From assembly GCA_000091205.1 (NCBI GenBank), contig AP006499.2: DNA of 64,000 nt; one strand, 5' to 3'. This DNA comes from Cyanidioschyzon merolae (Eukaryota). A program made the position numbers and the translations under genes. How positions within the stretch are numbered: the stretch's first letter is position 1; every line of letters starts with the position of its first letter. The notes under the pieces are model-generated. The model saw only the letters and a list, made by a program, of their open reading frames with translations, was not told where the DNA came from and did no database searches. Positions 10,701 through 23,164 of this stretch are shown piece by piece.

Positions 10701-13101
10701 TCATCTTCATCCATGATGGCATCTGACGGTGAACCGGCGTACCGAATAATATCTCGTACACCCAGTTCAGTTTCAATGTATTTTTTTCGACCTGTTCCCG
10801 CAGGCGCCCATGCACATGTTGCCTGGATGCCGTAAAAAACTGATCGATGAGACTCACATAGAATCGATTCTAGCACTTGTCATGCGCTCTCGTTGAAGGC
10901 GTGGGAGTGAAGCCTTTTAACGGTCCAGCACGTTCATAATAATCGGATACCATCAAACGACACGATTTCTCGGTCATATTCTTTCCCAAGTCATTGAAGA
11001 AGTTGGCAAATGCGCGCTGCCCTGCCCTGTACAATTAAAACCGTTGGCGGCTCGAGCACGTTTCCATATGCGCCCAACAGGAATCGTACGCATGAGCCAC
11101 TTGGACGCATTCGCATTCTCTGACTGGAGAAAGCAAAGCATTGTCCCTGCTCGACAAATTGCCAAGGGCGTTGAGACTGGTCCTGAAGCTGCCATTCCGC
11201 CCATTGGTATTCCTAATAGCGCGCATCATTCTCGAGCCCAGATGGTATCGACCTCTGGGAAATTGCTTTTCTTGATCTACTTTCTGTTCATGTATTTAAC
11301 TTGGCCCTCTTTATTTAGAGGTACCCTGGCAGCCATGGCGGTCTTAAATCGGCGATCTATGCCCCTGAAATGATCGTTCTATTCATCTTCTCTAAAGATT
11401 AAAAACGAGTCATGTTGCTCGACTCAGTCCTAGGTTTCACGAGTTTCTTGATGTCCTCCCAGCTAAATTCTCTGCCGGTCTCCGTGGTCCATGTAAAAGC
11501 TTTCCGTTTCACCCCTGTAGACGAGAAACCTTGCACGAGCTCCGCCGATGCTCTTCCCGATATTGTTGGAATGCGTCGTGGTTTCTCGCAGAGGGCAACT
11601 CTATCTTCACCTTTCTCGCTCCATGGCTGGCCAGCATGAACGTTGTTGCTCAGCTTCACATCCGTTTTCCCCGCAGAATCCAGACGCACCGTCCAGACGC
11701 ACTGCTCCGAGCGTGTTACCGAAACTTGCCCTCTCTATTCATGTATCCTCTATTTCTTAACTAAATTTTCGCTTTCTGCTCCGTCGCGAGCATGCCCATG
11801 AACCGAAGCGCGCCTTTTCGCTTCCTCTCTCGCATGAGTTGAGGAGCAACGCAGCAGTCGTGGTGTTTTGAAAGCAGAGAACGATTTTGCGAAGACCGCT
11901 ATCACGGATGCGAATGACTCTTCTGTATCATAGATCATATAAATTGCGTTTGACGGTAGAGTAGACACCTTTGACTGGACTGGGCCAGGGAGAGTAAATA
12001 CGCACGAAGAGAAGCTCAAATCTTGTCCCAGCAGTGTCCCGCTAACCGTTTTGAGTAATATGAAGCAGTGTAATCTAGGAACAGGAAACAGGTATGTGGG
12101 AAGGAGCCGCCCCGAGTTATGCCTCGAGAAATGATGAGCTATTTAATGATTCATTCAGTTTGACCATTCGATTCATACACCGCCGAGGCTGATAATGGCG
12201 GATTACTCGCTTTTCTAGTCTTCAGAAATAGTTATTTGCCTCTTGCTGAGTGCCCGTGTAGAGTTCTCGCATTTCTCTCGAATGCAGTCTCATCTAGTGA
12301 TTCGAAAACCCATCTCCAATCTAATGAGCGCTCCTATTTTAGTACCAATTCTACACCATGCTGCTCAGCGCGCGATGGTTTCCAGTAGAAGCGCGCGTTT
12401 TGCTTTATACATCCACGTCTCTTCGCCACCGTCCGTTCCAACGATGCGAGAAGCTCATTTCCTGTCGATTTTTCAATGTTATTTCTTAGGGAACGTATGG
12501 AGTGGCGTGAATCGGCTACGGGGCAGCCTTGCACATAGTGATCGGATGGTTCTGTTTCGTCGACGCGACCTCCGGGATAAAAGCTAAGATATGGATGGTC
12601 CATCCCCTTGTTGATCCATTGAACGACTAACCTCGTCGAGTAAGTTTTTATTTCTCGCCAGCTAATATTGACAGTATAAAGCCTTTCCATAACCTTTCCC
12701 TAATCTACAGGATACAATACTTTCGTTAAATACCCGCTAGAAGAGCAAACATAACCAGTAAGGTTGCGGTGATCCAGATAGTCCAGAATTCACTGCACTG
12801 AGTACAACGCACATGAAACCAACGCACACAAACCAAGGACAGTTGCATTCTCGCCAAACTGCGCAGCATTCTCAGGCTGATGACTGCCAAATAGAATATA
12901 GGCACGAGAGCAACCGATATGGAACACTGCTTTCCATGGTAGATCGAGAGGTCGGTGTCGTGCACCTGAACAAGCAGCCAGCCTTGGGTGTGAATCCACC
13001 CCTAGGGATGCACGCCCAGAACTGTATCGTCGAAACAAGACGCGTGCCTTGAGTTCGGGAAGCCCAGTTTCTCGCCTATACTTGTTAGGAACTGCAGTTT
13101 C

Positions 13102-13935
13102 TTGAGAAAGGCACTCCCAGTAGTAGTGAGGGCGTGTTGGTGCTTCCTGGCTTCGAAGCTGGAAACGAGAGCACTGAATTCTGGGTTGGCGAGGACTCTA
13201 GGAAACTGGCCTGCGGTCTCAATGATAGAGCGCTGCGGTAGTTCTTTCTGTACAGCCTATATCGCCTTATCCGTCCTCTTCGACGTCTATCTTGTGCGAT
13301 TTTTTTTGGACGCGGTAAAGGTTGCCTTGGGTCTACCCAAATCAGCGGGGGAAAAGCTCTTCTCCGCAAGACTCTACAAAGCCCTTCAGAGCACGAAGAA
13401 GAGATCTATTCCCCTCTTCGTCCGGGTGATTTCTTCGAGTTGTGACGGTACCATTTGGTTCTTCTTCCCTTTGCTTGTGGGGCTCGTCGCAAACAGTCCT
13501 TTTGCATGGCCTCTGCTGCTGCACTGTTTCCTAGTGCCAGCGCTAGCCGAGCTTGTGGTGAAGAGCATCTTCAGACGACCGCGCCCCAGTCACAATACCC
13601 GTCACGTGTTTCTGGCCCCTGGGGAACGCTTTTCCTTTCCTTCTGGCCACTCGACGAGAGCAGCCGCCATCGCATGTTTCTGGACAAGATGGTTATGTTG
13701 CGCTTTGAGTCCTCGAAATGTGTGTTTAGCGCTTTGCGTGCACTTCTGGGCAATCAGCATCTCGCTCTCGAGAGTGACTCTCGGACGCCATTATCCCAGC
13801 GACGTCATCGCAGGGCACTTGGTCGGGACTCTTGCAACGATCATTTCGCAAGAGGTGCTTCTCTTGGATGCGCGATTGCCGCCCCCATGGCAACTCCTGC
13901 ACAGTAACCTGTTGTCCAGGCGTTTTGCAAATTGA
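13102..13935 (+). CDS. PAP2-superfamily lipid phosphate phosphatase (membrane protein)
   Basis: PAP2 signature motifs KSIFRRPRP...(motif 1), SFPSGHS (motif 2), SRVTLGRHYPSDV (motif 3). Multiple hydrophobic segments. Confidence 0.65.
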   Translation: MRKALPVVVRACWCFLASKLETRALNSGLARTLGNWPAVSMIERCGSSFCTAYIALSVLFDVYLVRFFLDAVKVALGLPKSAGEKLFSARLYKALQSTKKRSIPLFVRVISSSCDGTIWFFFPLLVGLVANSPFAWPLLLHCFLVPALAELVVKSIFRRPRPSHNTRHVFLAPGERFSFPSGHSTRAAAIACFWTRWLCCALSPRNVCLALCVHFWAISISLSRVTLGRHYPSDVIAGHLVGTLATIISQEVLLLDARLPPPWQLLHSNLLSRRFAN

Positions 13936-15214
13936 AGCCGCCGGTTACACCGTCGACATCGAGCACTTCCCCGCCAAAGTATAGACCTGGCACGCGCTTG
14001 CTCTCGCACGAGGCCATATTCACATCGCGAAGGTCGACGCCGCCTGCCATTACGAACTCTTCCTTGAAGGGAGAGCGGCCCACTATATGAAGCTCACAGC
14101 GAGTAAGAGCATCACCGAGACGTTTCATTTCCGCTGCGCTTAGGTTTGCGTAATTTTGCGTGCTATGAATTCGAGCTACCTTGGTTACAAGTGCAGCCCA
14201 GAGCCTCCGAGGCAACATGAAGGGATTCCTGGTGAGAATGCCAAGACGACGACCCGAGCTCTTCCGCCAGCTCTCCATGACCTCCGTGAAAGGGCCGAAA
14301 GAAGGAATGAAATTCAATTGAGCAGTGAAGCGGTACTTGCGTTCACAAAATACTCGAGCGCCAAAAGCAGATAGGGCAAGCACCGCTGGCCCCGTTATAC
14401 CACTGTGACTTATGAGCAATGGACCAGTCTCCTTTAGTGCAGGGCCATTTAGAGTTGCTCGGGACGCGGGTTGCGCGCTCGGCTCCGCGAAACTGACCTC
14501 AGCTTCTGGTATCGCGATGCCAGCCAGCTCGAGAAGCCATGCATGTCTCTCGGGGCATACCGTAAAGCTAAACAGACTGGGTACGAGCGGCACGACGCGA
14601 TGATCGCCGAGCATCTGGGCCCAGTCGAGTGCTCTTTGTGAGGCTCCAGTTGCCAACATCAGCCTCCGCGAACTAAAGTGCCCGCGCTTTGCAACGTCGA
14701 CTCGGAACAGCGGCTGGTCGCCCTCGCGCTCGTGTGCAACGTCCGTGACTTTGCAGTTTGTCTCGACTTGCACACCAAGCCGATCAGCCTCTGAAACGAG
14801 GGCGTCTACTATACTCTGGCTTTTATTAGAAACCGGAAAAACTCTTCGATCAGATTCTACCTTTAACTTAACTCCGCGACGCTCAAACCAGTCGAAGGTT
14901 TCGCGAGGCCCAAAGCGACTCAACGGTCCGAGTAGCTCACGACTTCCACGTGGATAACGTCCGGAAAAAGTTTGCAGATCGAACGCTGCGTGCGTCACGT
15001 TACATCGTCCACCACCGCTTATACGAACCTTCCCCAGCACTTGAGAACCGGCTTCGAAGATAAGCACCCGCGGTTGAGTGCCGCTGAGCGCTAGCGCACA
15101 CTGAGCACAATGAATCGCCGCGAAGAAACCAGCGGGGCCTCCACCTACTATGACAACGTCAAATATCATCAGTGAGATACGATTCGATTCATCTAATGCG
15201 CCTTGTCTAGCCAC
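13841..15214 (-). CDS. HI0933-like / BaiN-type FAD-dependent flavoprotein (aminoacetone-oxidase family)
   Basis: N-terminal dinucleotide-binding motif FDVVIVGGGPAGFFAA. Family-typical GGGRCNVTH and ...GRYP... blocks. C-terminal ...YFGGEVLDVDGVTGGFNLQNAWTTG. ~440 aa, typical for the family. Confidence 0.7.
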   Translation of the reverse strand: MARQGALDESNRISLMIFDVVIVGGGPAGFFAAIHCAQCALALSGTQPRVLIFEAGSQVLGKVRISGGGRCNVTHAAFDLQTFSGRYPRGSRELLGPLSRFGPRETFDWFERRGVKLKVESDRRVFPVSNKSQSIVDALVSEADRLGVQVETNCKVTDVAHEREGDQPLFRVDVAKRGHFSSRRLMLATGASQRALDWAQMLGDHRVVPLVPSLFSFTVCPERHAWLLELAGIAIPEAEVSFAEPSAQPASRATLNGPALKETGPLLISHSGITGPAVLALSAFGARVFCERKYRFTAQLNFIPSFGPFTEVMESWRKSSGRRLGILTRNPFMLPRRLWAALVTKVARIHSTQNYANLSAAEMKRLGDALTRCELHIVGRSPFKEEFVMAGGVDLRDVNMASCESKRVPGLYFGGEVLDVDGVTGGFNLQNAWTTGYCAGVAMGAAIAHPREAPLAK

Positions 15215-16121
15215 GGGAGCGTCAAGTAACGCGGCAGTGCCTGGCCCTCAGCACTGAATACACAAAAGTCTTACGAAGGCTGGCGATGCCCTGCCGCAAA
15301 TCACCAGAATCACAGGGATTGGTTCGCTGCTGGGCGCTGTTTGCGCCCCGTATAGGATACAGCATGATTGTTCCGCCTTCTTTGCTTCCGTCATGTCGTG
15401 TCATACGAAACTTGGATGCTTCGAGCCGTTCTGTAGAGTATTGTGGCGGAGCGCATGCCAAAAGATGCCGCTCGTCGAGGCTCCGCGGCTGGCGAGATGC
15501 ACTTTATGCTTGGGTTCGATAGTGGAGCGCATCTGACTTGCGTGATAGGTGTCTGTTCTGGAGGGGTTGTTGGAAAAGCGGAGTCTCTGGACTGAGACAT
15601 TCAATGGTGTGCATCAACGCTATTTGCCGTTTAAATTGGCTCCGGAGCGCCTCAAATCCTGACGATCTGCCGCCGTTTTGGGCGGCATTCTCTGCACCTG
15701 CCTCAAGCAATAGATCGAGTATATCGTGGAACACTACTGGAGCATTTCTTCCCGAAGCAGACACCCGCAGCATTTCGGTCTGACGCCACTGGAGCTTAGG
15801 CTGCTTCTTCGGCAGGGGGTCTAGGTCTTTTTCCCGCAGCGGCTGCATGCAGATAAAAAGGATCCGTCCATTTCTCCAACTGAAGGAAAGATTTTATGTT
15901 CGTGCAAAAGCGGTATTTCTATCGACGGGCATGGCAATGGACACGGGAGGAACTTGAATACATTCGAAGGATTTCAGCGTGTTTAGCTTGCAGACGAACA
16001 CCTGCCTCGAAAAGCAGCTCTCAACGAACCCGACCAGATGCTCCATCGGAGAAATTCACCTTTGTATCTAATGCATGTGCCCTATAGGAATGGATGCTCC
16101 AGTGGAAGGCGCGCCAACGAC

Positions 16122-16988
16122 TCAGCACCGAACGAATCGAATCCGAAAAATCTGTCGACCGTTCAAAATGCAGCGCATCTCACGCTCGCTCCGCACGGGA
16201 TACGGAGAATCGCTCAGGTTTTCGGCGGTGAACTTTCCGCTGCTGACGAAAACCTCTCTGATATACTCGTGGACCTCTGCTACATCGGTTTGGCACACCA
16301 CTTCTGCGCCAGGGGCCAGGCCTTCCGACAAGCAGTGCACCAGCTCAGGCTGCACCACGCGTCTTTTGTGCTGACGTCGCTTAAAATAAGGATCCGGAAA
16401 GTTCAGCGAAATTCGGCGCACCATGCCCAATGTATATGTCGATATAATTTTTTCCATGGCAGCGTTCGCATTACAGCACACGAAAAAGACCCTGTCGGCC
16501 ACGTGTGCGCGCTCTGCGCGTATATTGGCGAACTCTACGAGTGGACGACGAATCTCCAATCCGACATAGTTGTAGCTTGGATCTTCCTGCGATAACTCAA
16601 GCAGAAAAGTTCCGGTCGCACAACCAATATCAATATGCAACGGTGCCCGACGATCGTTATACACTCCGACCGGCCATTCCGGTGGAAGCTCTACCAAAGT
16701 TCGCAGGTGTTCCGATAAAGGGTTCACGTGCTGCCGCACTCTCGGGCGCTTTGCGCGATCTGATCCAGAGTCTCCTACATTGGGAACCATACCTTTCAGA
16801 TCAAAACTGTTATCGGGCGCGTTCTGTGAGGCGTGGGCGCATACTAGACAGCGGCGCGACAGGCAAAGTAGCAGGCTTCGCTGAACGGAGCACGCTCCGG
16901 GCCTTGTGGCGTTCTCCACTGCGAACTGACCAAAAGCACTTCGAGGGAAGCAGAAAAGAGAGGCAAATAAAAGCCTTCTCAGGAGCAT
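16122..16988 (-). CDS. TRMB: tRNA (guanine46-N7)-methyltransferase (TrmB/METTL1 family)
   Basis: Conserved blocks HVNPLSEH, IDIGCATGTFLLEL (SAM motif I), ISLNFPDPYFKRRQHKRRVVQPELV, all characteristic of TrmB/Trm8. Confidence 0.75.
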   Translation of the reverse strand: MLLRRLLFASLFCFPRSAFGQFAVENATRPGACSVQRSLLLCLSRRCLVCAHASQNAPDNSFDLKGMVPNVGDSGSDRAKRPRVRQHVNPLSEHLRTLVELPPEWPVGVYNDRRAPLHIDIGCATGTFLLELSQEDPSYNYVGLEIRRPLVEFANIRAERAHVADRVFFVCCNANAAMEKIISTYTLGMVRRISLNFPDPYFKRRQHKRRVVQPELVHCLSEGLAPGAEVVCQTDVAEVHEYIREVFVSSGKFTAENLSDSPYPVRSEREMRCILNGRQIFRIRFVRC

Positions 16989-19399
16989 TCAACAGGATCA
17001 GGGCTCTTCGTGAAAGTGTATAAGGTGGAGTAACACGAAACTCTTCGGCCTTCGTGCGTGGCGCACAGGGCCAAATGCAATGCCACAGGTGGCTCTTTGA
17101 ACAGCAGGTGCTAGCCCGCGGCATCTTCATTGAGCTCCAGGGGAACAAAAGAACGAGCAGACCTGGTTATCCGGTGTTTGTATGACCCAGAAATGCAAAG
17201 ATAGTGTCCGCAGGTGAGAATCCCCCAGAATAATCAGTTTTGCTACAATATGCCGCCGATGCACGCGGAATGCGCTCGATTTATCGCATGACGCAGTCGA
17301 GGACGCTTAGGTTTTGCACCCGTGTGCATTCGTGCCTTGTCATCGACGCACCATGTGACACCCTCGATAGGATCGGTTTAGGTTCGGCATCCAGGCCTGC
17401 AGATCCGACAAACGCACCCCAGCAGTTAATGTTTGTAATTGAGGTGTGTAGATGAATCGATCCAGACGCTCCTGGATGCGCGAGTATTCAGAGCCTGGAT
17501 GCACGGGAGAGCTCTCGGTTTCGGATTGACGCCTCTTTGTTGCAGCAGCTCCACATCACCTTTCGCAACCGGAAACAGAAGCTCGATCGATCTAGTGATA
17601 CCAGGATGTTGAGTTTACAGCACGCGCATCCAGCAGCACCGAAAGCACCGCCGCCCATGTCCCGAGGAGTTCGCGCGTGTCCGCTATCCCTGAAGGTCTA
17701 CGATCGATGTAACTAGCCAGAATGCTTCAGATAAGTAGTTTTATGGGCGTGGGATCGTTTAAACGAACCAGGGATCCCCTTTCCTGATTTAGTGCAGCAC
17801 TCCAGAGCGTATACGCGGAGTTCTTCAAGGAAATTAGACGAACGGGCCAGATATGCCCTTGCGGCTTTCAGGTTGCAGTCCGTTCGACGCGACGATACCA
17901 CCTGCATTCGAGCGGAATGCGACATGAGGGCAGAATAACGCTAGCGTTGCGGCTTTTAGGACGGAGTTGGTGCACCCGCAACCCGAGTGCGATAGAGCGG
18001 GACAGCCGGGTTGTTCAAACCGGGTTGATCCATTAGAGGCCTTGTGAGACAGCAACCGAGCTTCGGTGCTGTCCGCAAGCGTAACGCTGGAGAACACACG
18101 GTTTCGGCGGCCGTGCGAGTTACTTGTCTTCGAAGGTGCACGGCTTGGTTCCCAAGCAGCTGCTCCCTGCTCGTTGAATTAGCACAGCCGTGGTACACGG
18201 GTGTCGTGTCTTTCCACCACAGCACGGCTGCTAAGCACCGGCACTCGTCGCAAAGTTCCGCTATAGACTGCGACCGCGCCTAACGCGCTCCGACCTTGAT
18301 AGCTCGAAAGCGTCCACGAATTCGTAGGGAGCGAGCCTGGAACGGAGTGCTGGTCTTCAGCGGAACTAACTGCAAAGCTACGTCTTGCACTGCAGCTACG
18401 TCCAGCGAGCGTTGACCAGGACCGCTCAGACGCCTACAGCGAATCATAGAAAGCGGGCCAGAAACTAGTTTCTGTGCAGAAAAGACCTCGGACGTGTCAG
18501 CAGAGAGCCGGACTCCTCAGATCTGCAGACTCGGGTGGCCTGCGCAAGTCGTCGCCGCAGTAACGGTGACTGGACGCCGGTCCAGAAACTTTTGAGCCGC
18601 GTGACGCCAAAGTACACCCATGGTTACTTCATGCGGCAGAGCTGCACGCCTGCGAGCGTGCTCCCGGATGTGCCAGCAACTGGAGCTCGAAGACGGCAGC
18701 AGTGTCCCGTTGAAACAATGGCAACCACAGCCTGCATACCAACGAGACGCTGAGCAGAAGGTCTCCATATATCGCCAAAGCCACTGCATGCTGCTGTGTC
18801 TGTTTCGAGGTGCGCACTCAACGCCATGCGGAAGCAGCTCATCGGCCGAGCAACCGCCTCCGACAGATACTGCTTCTCGAGGAGCCGAGCAGCAACACTA
18901 GTCGACAGCGACCGGTGCTGGGGAGGCCTCGGTCACCCATGCACTTCCGGACGCTCTTGTTCTTCGACTCAACTGCGCACATGTTGTACCAGCCGCTTAC
19001 TGATGCTGGCGCGCGCATAGAGCACGTTGCTGGTGCTTCAGGGTGCATGACTAAACTGAATCACCGCGCGGGGATGTTAACGGCGAGATCGATTTTCCCG
19101 CGGTGGTGCTACTGTAGCGCCTGCTCGCAGCAGCAACAGCAGCATCAAAAGCTGCAGTCATGCCGGTACATGGTGCACTGTTTACTGCGTGCGCGTTGCG
19201 CAAGCAGAGTCCTCTATATCCCGAAATTGTGTTTCGCGCAGTCTCATCACAGGCAGTTTGTTGGCTTCGAGCGCGCTTCATCGAGTCCCGAGTTGGTATC
19301 ACAAATAAAGAAACTTTCGAATGGTGTCTTAGTCGTTGCAGTAGATGCAAACGATCGCGTGATGCCTTTCGTGCAGCACTCTTGCGGTCGCGAATGCCG

Positions 19400-19997
19400 A
19401 TGCCGGGGTTTGCTGTGTCGGCGTCTATGGCGTGCACGCACTCGCAGCAATAAGTACACATGCGGGAGCTTTTGTATCGCCAGTAAAATGGACAACATTT
19501 CATGATCATAGAGGGAAAATATATACCTTCTCACAGACGCTTCCCAGCCTTTTTCAATCAGTTGCCTGCTATCGGTTTCAGTGTTTATCCCCGCACGCGT
19601 CGAGCCTACGAGGCTATCCCAAGAAGTTGGATCGCTCCAGCTCCTTGGGTCTCGTCTTCAGTGCGACACACCTTCTGATATTAATGGCGGCGCTGACGTC
19701 TCGGTGCAAGAACTCCACGCGTGCATTGACGCTGGTTAAACTCGCCACTGCAAGGATTGCTGGAAATCGTGCCCTCTGTGTAACTACAGTCTCGTCATCG
19801 TCCCGTCTCGTAAACACCTTTCCTCGCCTGTCTCCTCTTTTTTCTTCTTCGTCACTTGCTCTGCTTCGCTCAATATTCGGCGAGAAGAGAATTTTTTCCG
19901 TTTCCTTCAGGCAGCCAACGATGACGGCCTTCCAGGATCCGGGACTTCCATGCCCATGCTTTGTCCTTGGATTTTTTATTTCTTCAAATGAACGCAC
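19400..19997 (-). mobile_element. 3'-terminal remnant of a TnpB/Fanzor-like element, copy 2, highly degenerate
   Basis: Minus-strand translation ...VEFLHRDVSAAINIRRCVALKTRPKELERSNFLG (RuvC-III-like). Conserved non-coding tail on the minus strand (...tgaaaccgatagcaggcaactgattgaaaaaggctgggaagcgtctg...) shared with copies at 7.6 kb, 31.7 kb and 38.6 kb. Confidence 0.45.
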
Positions 19998-20208
19998 TTG
20001 GGGTCCATCTGCGATAAACCGCGAAAAAGCATTTGCTTACACGCACCTGGGGTCGGAATATCATTGAGGTCAAAGACTAGAAGCAGAATCCTCTGGGTAC
20101 TTACGCGGGGCGTCGTCCCTCTGGCGAACTTGCGCTCGGAGAGGCGCGCGGATTGTTTATGCAGATTCTCGCGTTTCAACGCATATCAAAAAGGTTTCCG
20201 CAGGCCTC

Positions 20209-20547
20209 ATGGATACGGAACAGCCACAGGATATCTCTCCTGACGAGACTCGGCTGCGGCCTGGCGAGGTTGAGAGGAGAATAATTCAGGTGGAGTCCCA
20301 GCTGACAATGGCTAGGCGCGCCCGTCTGGTAGCCGAGGCGGCACTCGAGGCGCTCGGAACTGTTGCGCCAGAGCGCCAAGTTGCACGCGCCGTCGGCAAG
20401 TGCTTTGTGCTCTCGACACATTCTCGAGTGGAAGATCAGCTACGTGCGGAACTAGTGCGTTCGGAGGAAAGCATCGCGAGGCTCTCGGAACTCAAGTCCC
20501 TGTTTGAGAAAAAGTTAGCACCGCGCACTGTGCGCTCGGAGCATTAG
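20209..20547 (+). CDS. Small coiled-coil protein, possibly a prefoldin beta-type subunit
   Basis: 112-aa ORF with two heptad-rich helices flanking a central ...VGKCFVLSTHSRVEDQL... beta-hairpin-like segment, as in prefoldin beta subunits. Weak. Confidence 0.3.
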   Translation: MDTEQPQDISPDETRLRPGEVERRIIQVESQLTMARRARLVAEAALEALGTVAPERQVARAVGKCFVLSTHSRVEDQLRAELVRSEESIARLSELKSLFEKKLAPRTVRSEH

Positions 20548-22096
20548 GTGCCTCATTCCGCGCAGCGAGTGCACGCAGATTTGCGCAGAACCCACGGTCC
20601 GCCGAGCTTGCGCGTTAAGAGAGCTTGACGTGTGCGTCCGGCTGCAGCTGGAGCGGTATATTGGTGAATACGGTCTCAAAGTTTGGGGCACCTGCCCAGC
20701 CGGAGCATGACAGCTGCGGATAGTTATGGGATAGCAGCATACACGAGTAGCTTCGGAAACGCAGTGTATCTGCAGCGAGCTCGCCTAACAGCCGTACTGA
20801 TGCGAGCGGCTTGCGCATAGACTGCAAACGGATCTCGATGACGCTACGAAGTGGTGCCTTTGTCTCGCCAGCTGTGTCCTCGGCATCGGGCCAGCACTGA
20901 GCCCTGTAGAATGCGAAGGACCGACTATTCGTACGATAGAATGGGGTGAGGGGTTCGCGTTGTACAGTTGCACACCACCTGTTCGTGAGCATCCGAGCGC
21001 CGCGAGTCGAGAGCTCGCGTCTTCCCATATGATCGCCAGATCAGGGGCACCTGCTGCAATGCATTGCGAAGGCCGTGCATTGCTTATCAGAGCTGGCACG
21101 CTGCATCTGCGTTGTCGCGATACAACGCGAATATGCCGTGAGCCGAGTGGTGCTCTTGTGGCAGGGGGCGTAGCGCTGCCTTGTGGCCTGCACAGCATCA
21201 CGCGATGTCATCGAACGATGACTCGCCATTGCTGTCTGTAAAGCATTTACACACAGTTATTGCGCTCATTGCATGTCATGCAACCAGGCGTCGATTGCGA
21301 GTGACTGGCCTGGGCGCAGGTGCAGTTTATGAACATGCCAGCGACCGGGTGCTCCTGGCCCTTTTTCAGACGAGTTGCTACGTAGAGCATGCGACTCCAA
21401 TATCTCAGGTCTGAATGGCTGGCAAGCTGGCTGGCCCTGGGTGCTCTGGAGATGCATCCGCAGCGTAGTCCGTGCCGGCTCGCATAACCGAACAAATATA
21501 TACATTTTTGTATCTTTTAGACCATCGATGATTCACCAGACGGTGCGCGAGACGGAAGTCACCCGCCGGGGTGGCATGCATATGACGCTCCACGAGCGCG
21601 TCGCTCGAAAGCGTCCAAGTTCCTTGGTACGCCGGGCCTCCCTGTGGCTGGCTTATCCGACAGGCCAACCACTTGTATCGTGCTTCTCTTCACGCTGATT
21701 CTATGAATCGAATACCCCCTCCTCGGCACCATGCACATGCCCGAACGCAAGTCGTTTTTCGCAGTACGTCAGATCCAAGTATTCCTGATCGTTAAATTCT
21801 TTTTAGGCACTTTTATGAATGGACGTCTAATGCTCTTCTGCTGAGCCAGCTCGCGAATCTAAGGTCGGTTGTTAATTTGAAGTTTTACGTTCAACACTCA
21901 CGAAGCGTCCGCATGAATGCGCACCGCCGATTGAAAGAACAAAATCGATCGCAATAGCGTCTACAGCCATGTTCTCGTGGAAGTATTGCTGCGTATGTGA
22001 AGGCTCAGATACACAGATATCTAAGAAGCTTGGATCCGTTCACCCTCTGGATCGAAGCACTGAGTTACAACACCAAGCTTCAGATGCTGGTACAAT

Positions 22097-23164
22097 ATGC
22101 CAAAGTGGTCGCCCTCGAGGTTCCACCGCTACCGGGCACGTCTGTTTTCTCTACTATTCGCTTACACACTAGCACTTGTTGCGTTCGCTGCAGCCCTGCG
22201 CGCACTTTCCCTTAGGGGCTTCTCTAAGACCCCATTTCCCGCCCAAAAGGCACCAGTCTCGTTGCTCATTATAGTTTTAGGTTATAATCGACCGTTGGCG
22301 CTTCGGAGGCTCTTAGAGTCGCTAGCCAAAGTCAACTGGCTGCAAACTCGTATAGACTTGAGAGTTTGGATCGATGCTGGGGATATTGCGGCTTCCTACG
22401 ACGTAGCTAAGGGCTTCCATTGGGACCACGGCCAGAAAATTGTTCGCCAACGTCTGAGGCACCACGGCCTGTGCGGGTCCTGGCTGAACGCCTGGCCAGC
22501 CTGGGACACGCACGAGTATGCCCTGATACTGGAGGATGATCTAGAGGTCCACCCACAAATTTTCGAAGTTTTCCAATACCTGATTGCAAAGGGCGTTCGG
22601 GCGAACGCTTCTGGCTTTATACTGGAAAAGCTTGCCGAGGTTCCCTGTGGGTCTCTTGTTCATTACGCTTCCAGCTGGGCCCCCGTTTTCTCGCGCCGCC
22701 TTTTCCAGGACTTCGCGCGCTGGTACGATTCACGTCGAAAATGCGCCCCAGACTTTAGACCTTTCATTCGCGGCCATGATGAAACGTACAACCTTTGGAT
22801 TCGGGAGCATCGCGACGTATGGTCACCATGGCTCCGGAGATTTCTCTTCGAACGCGGCATCGCTCTTACGTATCTGGGTTCTCTCGATCTGGTGCATAAT
22901 CATCAGGAGCGAGGTTCCAGTCGAAAGGGTGCTTCTCCTTTCTTCATTCGCACAGTTGATTGGAGGCATATCGAATTGGATCTAATTGACACCTGCGTCG
23001 TGAGAGAGCCGCCTGTGTACGAGTGCTTCCTGAAAGCGAGCAAACATTTTTGCACGCGTTTAGACGGCAATCGAAGCTCTCTTGTAGACCGAGGCTGGAT
23101 CGAGTTTTTGACGGACAAACTCTGGATCTGCTCACCATCGGCCCCGTCTGTAAAGGCGAAATGA
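22097..23164 (+). CDS. Putative glycosyltransferase, GnT-I (GT13)-like fold
   Basis: N-terminal membrane anchor. ...IIVLGYNRPLALRRLLESL... and ...EYALILEDDLEVHPQIFEVFQYL... resemble the GT13 (GnT-I/POMGNT1) EDDLEVAPDFFEYF catalytic block. Confidence 0.4.
   Translation: MPKWSPSRFHRYRARLFSLLFAYTLALVAFAAALRALSLRGFSKTPFPAQKAPVSLLIIVLGYNRPLALRRLLESLAKVNWLQTRIDLRVWIDAGDIAASYDVAKGFHWDHGQKIVRQRLRHHGLCGSWLNAWPAWDTHEYALILEDDLEVHPQIFEVFQYLIAKGVRANASGFILEKLAEVPCGSLVHYASSWAPVFSRRLFQDFARWYDSRRKCAPDFRPFIRGHDETYNLWIREHRDVWSPWLRRFLFERGIALTYLGSLDLVHNHQERGSSRKGASPFFIRTVDWRHIELDLIDTCVVREPPVYECFLKASKHFCTRLDGNRSSLVDRGWIEFLTDKLWICSPSAPSVKAK

Noticed and set aside
19432-20067. 211-aa plus-strand ORF, and similar ORFs at 7397..7792(-), 31453..31710(-), 38691..39032(+), sharing a recurring 'LGLVFSTAHxLILxxALKSRF' peptide
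   Set aside because: These are antisense shadow ORFs. The recurring peptide is simply the reverse-strand translation of the conserved RuvC-III 'NRDFNAAINI' coding segment of the TnpB/Fanzor-like copies, not an independent protein family.
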